Source: a virus (Duplodnaviria; Caudoviricetes). Taken from it: a stretch of 56,806 nt of DNA. Positions 38,361-46,470 of this stretch are shown here, in pieces. A model generated the notes under the pieces. That model made no database searches, was not told where the DNA came from, and saw only the letters and a list, made by a program, of their open reading frames with translations. Both the position numbers and the translations under genes were made by a program. Where the stretch lies: positions 1-56,806 of the IMG/VR virus record IMGVR_UViG_3300010373_000054. One strand, written 5' to 3'. Positions within the stretch are counted from its first letter, which is position 1. Every line of letters starts with the position of its first letter.

Positions 38361-38385
38361 AAGGAGCCGAAAGGCTCCTTTTTTT
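38361..38385. terminator. terminator at convergence of early blocks
   Basis: AAGGAGCC-GAAA-GGCTCCTT plus T-run. Confidence 0.85.
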
Positions 38386-38656
38386 ATTTCTCAAAACCTT
38401 CGAACTCAACAAACTGTTTGCGTCTAGGTCCATATCTGTCATCTTCGATATAGTCATATTCAGCCCAATATGAAGCAGGCAGGATGTTGAATACCTCCTT
38501 ACCGTCACGAGTGACAAGGATAGGGTCTTCAGGCTTGATTGTGCCGTCAGCAATCAAATCTCTCACCAAAGGGCAGATAGGTGACTTTTTCATTTTAGCC
38601 ATGCTTCGCTCTTTGTATCGAGCAGTAAAAGAGCCTTCAAGTTGAATTTCGATCAT
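38384..38656 (-). CDS. hypothetical protein
   Basis: AAGGAG SD; structured leader upstream. Confidence 0.7.
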   Translation of the reverse strand: MIEIQLEGSFTARYKERSMAKMKKSPICPLVRDLIADGTIKPEDPILVTRDGKEVFNILPASYWAEYDYIEDDRYGPRRKQFVEFEGFEK

Positions 38657-38772
38657 GATACTCCTTTCATTAGTTGTTATTTACATCAGCGGTAAGCCGC
38701 TCACGCGATTTTAACCCCTGTCAGGTAAAATCCTACCCGACAAGAGTTATCGTTGTTCTTTGGTGTTAATGC

Positions 38773-39195
38773 TCACAAATGTCTTTTTGTGGCCCTTTCT
38801 ACTCTATATGTGAAGTCATTATCAAAAGACTTAACCAAAAAACATTTCGATGTCGGAATTCCGACATCGTAACCACATATATCTTCAGGCTTCAAAAAGA
38901 AAGCCTTCCAGCTATCTCCATCCTCAACACCAACACAAATAAAGGATTTGCCTCCAGCTTCATTAAACGACCTATGCCAACCAATTTGCGCCGGTCGAAC
39001 CTTCCTTGGATAAAGTAGGCCGTTTCTGAACTCCCCAACTTTCAATTCAATGAAAAAAGGGTAGTCGCAAAGCAAAGCAGTCAAATCGGGAATCCCCGGC
39101 TTCATTCCTCTCGCTGGCTCAATTCTTGACCACCATACGCCATCACGATCAAAAATGTTTGTCATGTCTTTTCGAAAATCGTCTTCAGTTCTCAT
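38773..39195 (-). CDS. PD-(D/E)xK nuclease, VRR-NUC/Holliday junction resolvase-like
   Basis: 'PGIPDL', 'FIELK', 'RPAQIGWH', 'GGKSFI'. Confidence 0.85.
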   Translation of the reverse strand: MRTEDDFRKDMTNIFDRDGVWWSRIEPARGMKPGIPDLTALLCDYPFFIELKVGEFRNGLLYPRKVRPAQIGWHRSFNEAGGKSFICVGVEDGDSWKAFFLKPEDICGYDVGIPTSKCFLVKSFDNDFTYRVERATKRHL

Positions 39196-39204
39196 GTTTT
39201 CTCC

Positions 39205-39443
39205 ATTCATCAGTTTTTGCCAAAATCCATCAATTTTACAAGTGATTTGGTTAGTTTCTTAAAAGAGCGTGAAAAGTATATTGTGAAATTTGTATATAAT
39301 TTTATTTTTATTATTTATTTTTGATAAATTGATTAAAATAAAGAAAGAAAGAAAGAAATATCTCTCTAAACCTTTATTTTTATTGAGCTTTTAAAATCCA
39401 TCAATTTTGGCTTTTCAACACATTTTTGATGGAAATTTTGATG
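39205..39443. repeat. origin-like element B, homologous to element A
   Basis: CCAAAATCCATCAATTT, TGATAAATTGATTA, ATTTTTGATGGAAA in same order and similar spacing as 24163-24380. Confidence 0.6.
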
Positions 39444-39670
39444 TTCTGTAGTGACAATATGTCGCATTGACGCATTTTTCAACAATACACTTTCCATAAA
39501 CCATAATACACTTTCTATAAATCATATAACATGAAATCGGCCTTTTTAGCAAGAAAAACTATATGAAATAGCCTTTTTAGCCCTTTTTCTCACTTAATGA
39601 TTTCTAAATTCCAGTATATGATCCATAGTAAATGTCCATAGGATTCGCCATTTTCGATCTATATGATCTA

Positions 39671-39700
39671 TTGACATTCATATGCACAATGTGCTATAAG
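39671..39700 (+). promoter_or_regulatory. promoter for 39802 gene
   Basis: TTGACA-N18-TATAAG with TGTG extension. Confidence 0.55.
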
Positions 39701-39801
39701 ACTATATGAAATTGATTTTGACTTCCATCAAATTTATCAGTTTTCATAACCTCACTAGACCATAATCCATGGTCAATGTCAACTAATTTTAAGGAAAATA
39801 C

Positions 39802-40140
39802 ATGGCAAAGCGTACTACAAAATACCTCGTCACTCCTATTCAGCGCTATAATGAACGCGCCCCATATGCTGATTATAACCAGCGAAATAACAATGAAAAG
39901 CGTGATCGCCGATCATTCCTTCCCCTTGATAAGATGAATGCAGGCGACAGCGTTAATGTAATTTTCGCCAACAATGAGGAAGACTTTAATAAGCAGTTCA
40001 ACACAATGATGACTTACCTGTCAATGACTGCGTTTATCACCGGCATCCGCCTGAAGAAGAAGAAATACTTTTTCCCCGGTCATGTTCATGAATATGGCAT
40101 TACAGTCACGCATGACGGCTATTATGAGTTGGAAGATTGA
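39802..40140 (+). CDS. hypothetical protein, possible DNA-binding regulator
   Basis: stand-alone + gene with SD; 'PLDKMNAGDS' motif. Confidence 0.65.
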   Translation: MAKRTTKYLVTPIQRYNERAPYADYNQRNNNEKRDRRSFLPLDKMNAGDSVNVIFANNEEDFNKQFNTMMTYLSMTAFITGIRLKKKKYFFPGHVHEYGITVTHDGYYELED

Positions 40141-40142
40141 TA

Positions 40143-40169
40143 AAAGAAAAGGGCGCTTAGAGCGCCCTT
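40143..40169. terminator. terminator between convergent genes
   Basis: AAGGGCGCT-TAG-AGCGCCCTT, A-tract on left. Confidence 0.8.
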
Positions 40170-40683
40170 ATTTCAAATAATCTTTCAAAACTTCTTCAAC
40201 CTCTTTGTTAGTCATATCTCCTAAGTCTTTGTTTATATTAGGCTTTATATAATAATTTGTGTATTTCTTTATTCTGTCTCCGCTTGCGCCCGGATCACAA
40301 ACAGCAACTGTTTTTCTTCCTAAAGTGTTAAGCCAGCTACTTATATGTTTTGGATCATTGGAAAGTGTTGCTATTGCAGCAAACCCTAAATTATGAATTC
40401 TTACGCAGTCAAATATTCCTTCAGTTACAAACAAAGGTCCATTTCTATTGAATACTTCAAGACCGAAAACAGCAACCTTTCCGCTTGTTCGATAGGTGAA
40501 ATACCTACCCTCTCTTGGATGGTTTTTCTTCTCTTTCCCTGCTGAAGGTCTATATTGTTGATAGCCGCATATCTGACCAGAAAGATTATAAAGAAGGAAT
40601 GTTGCCACTCCTTCCTCTTCATCTATAATTGGATTATATAGGAATAAATTCACAAACCTTTCATTTAGATGTTGTGATATCAC
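40168..40683 (-). CDS. TOPRIM-domain primase-like protein
   Basis: 'GYQQYRP', 'FVTEGIFD', 'VCDPG', 'KDLGD'. Confidence 0.8.
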   Translation of the reverse strand: MISQHLNERFVNLFLYNPIIDEEEGVATFLLYNLSGQICGYQQYRPSAGKEKKNHPREGRYFTYRTSGKVAVFGLEVFNRNGPLFVTEGIFDCVRIHNLGFAAIATLSNDPKHISSWLNTLGRKTVAVCDPGASGDRIKKYTNYYIKPNINKDLGDMTNKEVEEVLKDYLK

Positions 40684-40804
40684 TCCACACCCCTTTCAAT
40701 CCGATCCTGTTTATATAACTCACAAGCTTGTTCAAGAGCGTTCGGAAACGCTTGTGGATAGCTCTTGCCATATTTATAAAGAGCTTTGGCGCGTTCTTGT
40801 TTGG

Positions 40805-41074
40805 TCATTTCTTAACCTCAAAACCAACTTGTTTGATAGCTTCTTGAAAAACATCTTCAGGGATATCGGGGCATTCTTTAATAGTAGAATTTCTTCTATC
40901 ACTGCCATCGTACTTCACTTCATAAACGAACTTATGTCGCTTTGTTTCCCTGATACCTTCACCGTAAAAATTAACTCTCATAGTCACGCGATCAGTGCTT
41001 GTGTTCATATATGTTGTGAACTTCCAAACAATTGTTGAAAGCTTATCTTCGCTCATGCGTTCTACAGTTATCAT
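40805..41074 (-). CDS. hypothetical protein
   Basis: ATGA overlap, AGGAG SD. Confidence 0.65.
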   Translation of the reverse strand: MITVERMSEDKLSTIVWKFTTYMNTSTDRVTMRVNFYGEGIRETKRHKFVYEVKYDGSDRRNSTIKECPDIPEDVFQEAIKQVGFEVKK

Positions 41075-41340
41075 TTGTTTTCTCCTTCTCTAAACCTATT
41101 ATATACTTTTTTAGAAATCTCTCTTGCTATCACATCTCCTTTCCCTTCATTCGTAGAATGTGATCTTCCTCTTTCGTCATAAGTGGGGATAAAATAGCTA
41201 GTCTTTCTATCAAATAAAGCTTCAAAAATTCTTTCATCGTCTTCAATAACTGCTTTCGCGCAATCCTCTACGCTCTTACCTTCTATGAAATGATGAAGCA
41301 TTCTTTTTAAGAATACTATCTCCTCTTTAGAAAAATCCAT
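41071..41340 (-). CDS. hypothetical early protein
   Basis: first gene after promoter 41364-41392. Confidence 0.65.
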   Translation of the reverse strand: MDFSKEEIVFLKRMLHHFIEGKSVEDCAKAVIEDDERIFEALFDRKTSYFIPTYDERGRSHSTNEGKGDVIAREISKKVYNRFREGENK

Positions 41341-41363
41341 CACTCATCTCCTTTTGATAACCC

Positions 41364-41418
41364 TTTATCCCACAAACCATAATCCATGTCAAACAGAAAA
41401 AGCGCCCGTAGGCGCTTT
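41364..41418 (-). promoter_or_regulatory. terminator + early promoter unit
   Basis: AGCGCC-TACG-GGCGCT plus T-run, then TTGACA-N17-GATAAA. Confidence 0.75.
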
Positions 41419-41426
41419 ATTTTACT

Positions 41427-41738
41427 TCATTCGCTCTGCTCCCCTAGTGGGCTGGCGTTGAGCATGGCGCGCACCCATGCACTCTCCGCAGTTCCGAAAT
41501 CGTGCATACAGCCTATACAGCGCTCACGCTCAATTGTCGCGCCGCAACCGCCGCATGGCTTTGATGTGTTGTGCCGCAATGGCGCGTTAATGATCGGCGT
41601 AGTATTCGCGCCAAGACGTTCATCGCTGCCGCCAAGTTCGGCCATAAGGTTGAACGTGTTTTCCATGTCCTTATTCATCGGCTTCACCTGTATTTTTATA
41701 GGCCTGTCGTCTGCATAGATCATGGAAGGAATATCCAA
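41427..41738 (-). CDS. hypothetical protein with CxxC..CxxC
   Basis: PCGGCG...CIGC; GC-rich block. Confidence 0.55.
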   Translation of the reverse strand: MDIPSMIYADDRPIKIQVKPMNKDMENTFNLMAELGGSDERLGANTTPIINAPLRHNTSKPCGGCGATIERERCIGCMHDFGTAESAWVRAMLNASPLGEQSE

Positions 41739-41779
41739 TGGCGACGCCCGACAGCCAGATCAGAAATGTAAATATTAAT

Positions 41780-42178
41780 TCATTGACCATGACTTGCCTC
41801 CTTTACGCGTAAGATGGTGGCGTGTCCTTTGAGCACAGCAATACAGAGAGCTATGGCGGGAGTTGCAGCTACGGCGCGCTGATCATTGTTCCGGTCCGGC
41901 GACAAAACAGCCGCGTGAACATTCCAGTTTCCAGCGTACCATTTCCACCCCGGCAACACCCTCTCTGCCAGCGCGATAGCCGCGTCTACAGAGGCGGTGT
42001 AGGAAGGAACCTTGTCGATCATGACATGATCAGGTGATGGCGACCATGAATATGATCCGAAATGGTTCCATTCCACGGTGTCTTTCTTGTCGTCTGCAAC
42101 AAAAAACAGAATATGAATTTCGTGGTCCAGTCTTCTGTTCGGCCCGTCCAGCTTGGATAGTCTGTCAATGAGGGTCAT
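41780..42178 (-). CDS. phage ABA-sandwich-like protein
   Basis: 'PSYTASVDAAIALAERVLPGW...TPAIALCIA' pattern. Confidence 0.65.
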   Translation of the reverse strand: MTLIDRLSKLDGPNRRLDHEIHILFFVADDKKDTVEWNHFGSYSWSPSPDHVMIDKVPSYTASVDAAIALAERVLPGWKWYAGNWNVHAAVLSPDRNNDQRAVAATPAIALCIAVLKGHATILRVKEASHGQ

Positions 42179-42378
42179 GTAATTAAGCTCCAAACCAGCC
42201 ATGATATGAGAGAAGCGACCAAAGCAAAAAGGTAGAGGAAGGCGTTCGACATTGCTTGCCCCAGAGCACTCAATCCATGGGCGTAACTCTTATCGCTACG
42301 CCAAAAGGCAATGATAAAAGATATGGCTGTAATGATAGCGGGGATTAGCCACCAACCGAATTCAATGTTAATTGTCAT
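42175..42378 (-). CDS. small two-TM membrane protein
   Basis: 'FGWWLIPAIIT' hydrophobic; GGAGG SD. Confidence 0.65.
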   Translation of the reverse strand: MTINIEFGWWLIPAIITAISFIIAFWRSDKSYAHGLSALGQAMSNAFLYLFALVASLISWLVWSLIT

Positions 42379-42416
42379 GGCTTGGCCTCCAATGCGGCGC
42401 GTTCTTTTTCGGGTTT

Positions 42417-43079
42417 TCAAAAGCCATCAGCATCCCACTTTACTGTTTGTTTTTTCTCGTTTTCGGCCTTTAAAGCTTCATACTGACCGCGCCAGTATAT
42501 AGAGTTTGATGATGCGTTCTTCGCATTACCTTTCGCGCCGTTAAGATCGTGCTCCAATTCCTTAAACCGCGCAGTCAGCGCCGCGTTGTCGGCTTTCAAT
42601 GATGTCTGTTCCTTGAAGCTGGAACGGAAACTGCTCAACTCGTTTTCGAGATCAGCAATCTTCGCATCCTTCGCCGCAATGATGGCCTCGGCCTGCGAGC
42701 AAAACCGAACAGCTTCGCGCATTTTTCGCGACAATTCGCAGAGATAATCATAGTCGGAATAAACATCGGGTTCGTCGCCAACATCACCGAATACCGCTTT
42801 GCGAATTTCCTCAAGGTCAAAGCCAACCGTCTTCAACCCCTCGACCGGAGCGGCGGGGCGGGTGTCCCAGCGCTTAGATGCGTCCTCGTATGCTTCTTCC
42901 TTGTTCTCGTATTTAAACTCGCTCATAGGCCCGATCATGTCGTCGCAATCATCGCATTTGATGTGAGCAATCCAGCCTTCAATATCGCAATAGTAGGTGT
43001 CGAGATTACTGCCGCCACAAAACGGACAAGGCTTCAATTCATTCGCCATGGTTGCTGCCTCCTGTCTTTGATTCTTCAC
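42417..43079 (-). CDS. Lar-like restriction-alleviation Zn-finger protein with coiled coil
   Basis: 'ELKPCPFCGG...CDDC...AxxxW.TR' Lar N-terminus (start may be 43049). Confidence 0.7.
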   Translation of the reverse strand: MKNQRQEAATMANELKPCPFCGGSNLDTYYCDIEGWIAHIKCDDCDDMIGPMSEFKYENKEEAYEDASKRWDTRPAAPVEGLKTVGFDLEEIRKAVFGDVGDEPDVYSDYDYLCELSRKMREAVRFCSQAEAIIAAKDAKIADLENELSSFRSSFKEQTSLKADNAALTARFKELEHDLNGAKGNAKNASSNSIYWRGQYEALKAENEKKQTVKWDADGF

Positions 43080-43085
43080 TCATAA

Positions 43086-43739
43086 TCAATTTTCCTTATG
43101 AATAGCAATCGCGCCAATAGCCGCAACAGCATGTTTCTTAAAAACTTCAACAGCACCCGGAAGCTTTTCATTTAGCTTATCCCAAGACCTATCAGAAGCG
43201 TGAGGATAATTTTCCCAACTATAATAAATAGCTTTTGCTACTTCTTCAATTGTTTTGTCGTTTAACACGTTCAACTCCTTTCACAATCGCTTGTGATCCA
43301 TCCCCATGAATTAGCTATTTCTCTAAAAGTATTAGAAGCTCTTTCATATGAATAAAAATTGATACTCGCGATTAATCCATTTTCTTTAACATGATAAATT
43401 ACTTCACCATATCGAAAAATGAATTCAGCAAACAATTCAATTTCTACTTCGTCACTCTTAAGGTGATGGATTTTTACTTGCTTTTTCATTTCTTTTTCTC
43501 CTTTTACCAAACATTCGGGAAACCGCCCCGTAAGGCGGAAACCGGAAGGTTTAGAATACCAACTCTCTAACAACAACGTGTTCCGGGAAGATTGCCTTGT
43601 TTTCATGCCAGTAATTGACCGCGTGTTCCAAAGATTCAAACTTGGTGGCGCGATCAACACTTACGAGGCGCTTCTTTTCTTTATTCCAAGCGCAAGTGCT
43701 GTCTGTTGCGGGTGTGATGTAGATTGCTTCGGTTTTCAT
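43086..43739 (-). other. three small early genes (43086-43274, 43271-43489, 43551-43739)
   Basis: SD-preceded ORFs after promoter at 43779-43807. Confidence 0.6.
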
Positions 43740-43778
43740 TCCCGTTTCTCCAACTCGTTTGTTTTATTCTCTGAACCC

Positions 43779-43861
43779 TTTATCTCACATCCATAAACCA
43801 TGTGCAACAACTATTTTACCCAAAACGCAAAAAAAAAGGGATGTGCCGATTAAGCACACCC
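43779..43861 (-). promoter_or_regulatory. terminator + early promoter unit
   Basis: GGGTGTGC...GCACATCCC plus T-run, then TTGCAC-N17-GATAAA. Confidence 0.75.
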
Positions 43862-43868
43862 TTCATTG

Positions 43869-43955
43869 TTAAATGAAATTGACTATTACAATTATTGCAA
43901 TAGCGGCTCCTACAAACATTCCCAAAATGCTTGAAAGCATGAACGAGTCACTCAC
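43869..43955 (-). CDS. 28-aa single-TM microprotein
   Basis: MSDSFMLSSILGMFVGAAIAIIVIVNFI; GTG start; paralogue of 44166-44246. Confidence 0.55.
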   Translation of the reverse strand: MSDSFMLSSILGMFVGAAIAIIVIVNFI

Positions 43956-44148
43956 CAACCTTCCTCCATATAACTGTACGCCCTTCCCTACGAAACGAAA
44001 TCTTCCCTTCCTTGCGAAGCTTCTGCAATGTCCTGTCTGCAATCCTGTAAGCTGCATCAGGAAGACCAGAATGAAGGAAAGCGAAAGTAAATTCATCATT
44101 GTTTTTGATGCGAGCTAGAATCTCGTATTTAATTATTTCTTTTTCCAT
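43948..44148 (-). CDS. small winged-helix-like protein
   Basis: 'RIADRTLQKLRKEGKISF....W'. Confidence 0.6.
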   Translation of the reverse strand: MEKEIIKYEILARIKNNDEFTFAFLHSGLPDAAYRIADRTLQKLRKEGKISFRREGRTVIWRKVGE

Positions 44149-44165
44149 ATTAAACCCCTTCATTG

Positions 44166-44246
44166 TTAAATGAATATTCCAATTGTGCAAACTATTGCAG
44201 CACCTACAAGAATGCCACAAAACAAACCTTGAAAGTAATCACTCAT
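44166..44246 (-). CDS. 26-aa single-TM microprotein
   Basis: MSDYFQGLFCGILVGAAIVCTIGIFI; TGATG overlap with upstream stop. Confidence 0.55.
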   Translation of the reverse strand: MSDYFQGLFCGILVGAAIVCTIGIFI

Positions 44247-44932
44247 CACCTAGCATCCTTAATCTTTGTCAAAGTTTCAATTGCCTGTTCAATATCATCC
44301 TTAGACCATGTGCGACCGCCATCAACAACTCTGATATTGATTGCATGATAACCGTCTGTTGACAGTTTCAACCGTCCATACGTTCCAGCCTTGAGCCGCT
44401 TAACGGTTACTTCTTCAACTGGATTGTGTTTACTTTCTTCCAAAGTTTCATAGAAAACCCTTACATATTCTTCAACACTTTTACCATCAATTTTTATTTC
44501 CAGAGCGCGAAATCCTTCTTCAATAGTATGGAATTCTTCAACATACTCACTCACAATATTTTCACAATCTTCTTCATCGCCATAGATGAATTTTCCGCTT
44601 CCTGAATAAACACAATCACGGTCATCTTCAAATTCGTCTTTGTTGCCAGATTGATCAACCCAACCTCTATCACTCTTGACCATCGGCCCTACAACAACGC
44701 CGCCCTTGGTTACGTACTTCTTGCCTACTTCCAGTTTAAGAACTTCTCGAACTTCTACATCGATATCTTGATAAATATTTAGAAACACTGGAAAGCCATG
44801 TTCACTATCCTCTCCTGAAATTGTGTAAGTTTCTCCATTCCAAAGTTCTTCAATTGGATACCACTTATTAGCCTTTAGATATCCATTAGTGACAGACCAA
44901 TGCTTATCATTCTTAATCTTAACTTCAACCAT
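44246..44932 (-). CDS. modular early protein (GxYG family)
   Basis: 'LEVGKKYVTKGGVVVGPM' domain and C-terminal 'NPVEEVTVKRLKAGTYGRL...IETLTKI'. Confidence 0.7.
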   Translation of the reverse strand: MVEVKIKNDKHWSVTNGYLKANKWYPIEELWNGETYTISGEDSEHGFPVFLNIYQDIDVEVREVLKLEVGKKYVTKGGVVVGPMVKSDRGWVDQSGNKDEFEDDRDCVYSGSGKFIYGDEEDCENIVSEYVEEFHTIEEGFRALEIKIDGKSVEEYVRVFYETLEESKHNPVEEVTVKRLKAGTYGRLKLSTDGYHAINIRVVDGGRTWSKDDIEQAIETLTKIKDAR

Positions 44933-44933
44933 C

Positions 44934-45560
44934 TTATTTCCTTTCACATTTAACTTTTGCTGTCATCCACACTAAAGCTTGCTGCGGTGTTGTCTCATAT
45001 GGCCGCTGCAACGTTTTCTCTTTAAAGTGGTTCTCAATTCCTTTACCGACAAACTCACAATGTTGCAAGCTCCAAAATTCACCCAAACTCTCGACAGGAT
45101 TATCAACCATATACAATGTACCAATGTGTGTGTCTTTTGGTCCGAATACTGATTCACCAGCTTTTGATTCGTTCAGAGTGCAACATGCAACTGAAAACGC
45201 AATCAGAGAAGCCCAAATAAGGTGAATACTAACGTCCTTCCATGTCATGTTAAACCAACCCTCCAATCAACTTGTTATAGTGTTCAAACAATTTCTCATC
45301 GTTAGTGACGTACCAGCCCGAATCAACCTTAATATGATAAAGCCAGTTTGACAACTGTTTTGTTTCTGCATCGAATAAGAATTTCATGTTTCAGCCTTTT
45401 CAAAAGTTACCAACTTAACAATAGCTTCATCAAGCTGTTTCAACCTGTCTTTGTAATTGTTGGCGAAAGCCCATGCTCCATTTCCGGGGCTTGAATAAAA
45501 ATCAAGCTTATCCTGACAATGTTTATGCTGTTCGATAAGATATTCTAATGCTTTTTCCAT
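44934..45560 (-). other. small early genes (44934-45248 with signal/TM N-terminus, 45384-45560)
   Basis: SD-preceded ORFs. Confidence 0.55.
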
Positions 45561-45582
45561 CTTTCGATCTCCTTCATAAACC

Positions 45583-45636
45583 ACTTTAAACGATATCACA
45601 ACCATAAGCAACAAAAAAGAGCGCCGAAGCGCTCTT
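45583..45636 (-). promoter_or_regulatory. terminator + early promoter unit
   Basis: AGAGCGC-TTCG-GCGCTCT plus T-run, then TTGCTT-N17-TAAAGT. Confidence 0.7.
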
Positions 45637-45640
45637 AATT

Positions 45641-45850
45641 TTAGTCTTCAATCTTTTCTACGTATGTTCCGATATTTTCTTCAGTGAATCCTTGAGAATA
45701 AATGCTACCGTGATTATCAACCTTAAAATAATATTTTTCAAATCCGTAATCTTCAACTTCAGAAATCACATAATATTCTTCTCGAATATCAGGATGGATA
45801 GAGAACAAACCATAATCAATAATCTTGATCTTATCGCCAACTTTAAGCAT
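45641..45850 (-). CDS. small SH3-like protein (MLKVGDK)
   Basis: shares RBS/start sequence with next gene. Confidence 0.65.
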   Translation of the reverse strand: MLKVGDKIKIIDYGLFSIHPDIREEYYVISEVEDYGFEKYYFKVDNHGSIYSQGFTEENIGTYVEKIED

Positions 45851-46241
45851 TATTCTTCTCCTCAAGATAATCAGCCAAGTTGTTGAAAAGTTTTGCTGCA
45901 TTTCGAAGTTCTTCAGCATTTAGAATGTGAATAGTTTTGTCATCATTTCCACCCCTATCAACAAGAGATATATTAATTCCTTCCTGATGGCTGTTTTCTT
46001 CTCTTACAAAAAACCTCCCATAAATGCCATGCTCAAGATACTTTTTTACTTCCTTTACGGGATTCATTTCGTCATAAAACAACTCAAGTTCTTCGTCATT
46101 ATACCACCACTCTTTTTCAAGCATGTAGGTGAGTCTTGGATCGTCACGATCTACTTTAACAATTCTAGAAATTGTACCAATGGAATCTTCTCCGCCATTG
46201 ATAATCTTCACAACACGAACTTTATCACCAACTTTAAGCAT
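45843..46241 (-). CDS. modular early protein (GxYG family)
   Basis: 'MLKVGDKVRV' N-domain; 'NPVKEV...HGIYGRF...EELRNAAKLFNNLADYLE'. Confidence 0.75.
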   Translation of the reverse strand: MLKVGDKVRVVKIINGGEDSIGTISRIVKVDRDDPRLTYMLEKEWWYNDEELELFYDEMNPVKEVKKYLEHGIYGRFFVREENSHQEGINISLVDRGGNDDKTIHILNAEELRNAAKLFNNLADYLEEKNNA

Positions 46242-46438
46242 TATTCTTCTCCAACTGTTGCATACATTTCAACTTCATCCCAATCAATGAAGCTCGCCAT
46301 ATCATATTCAGTGTAGCCATCAAGCATTACCACCCGAACAAAGTCATTAGGGTCTACTCCTTCAGGCATTACACCATGAGCGATTTTGTAATTCAGCTTA
46401 TCCATAATCAACAATCCCTTTCCTTCTTTCGATGATCA

Positions 46439-46467
46439 TTTATCGCACATGATAAAAAGTCCGTCAA
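46439..46467 (-). promoter_or_regulatory. early promoter
   Basis: TTGACG-N17-GATAAA with TGTG extension. Confidence 0.7.
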
Positions 46468-46470
46468 CAA

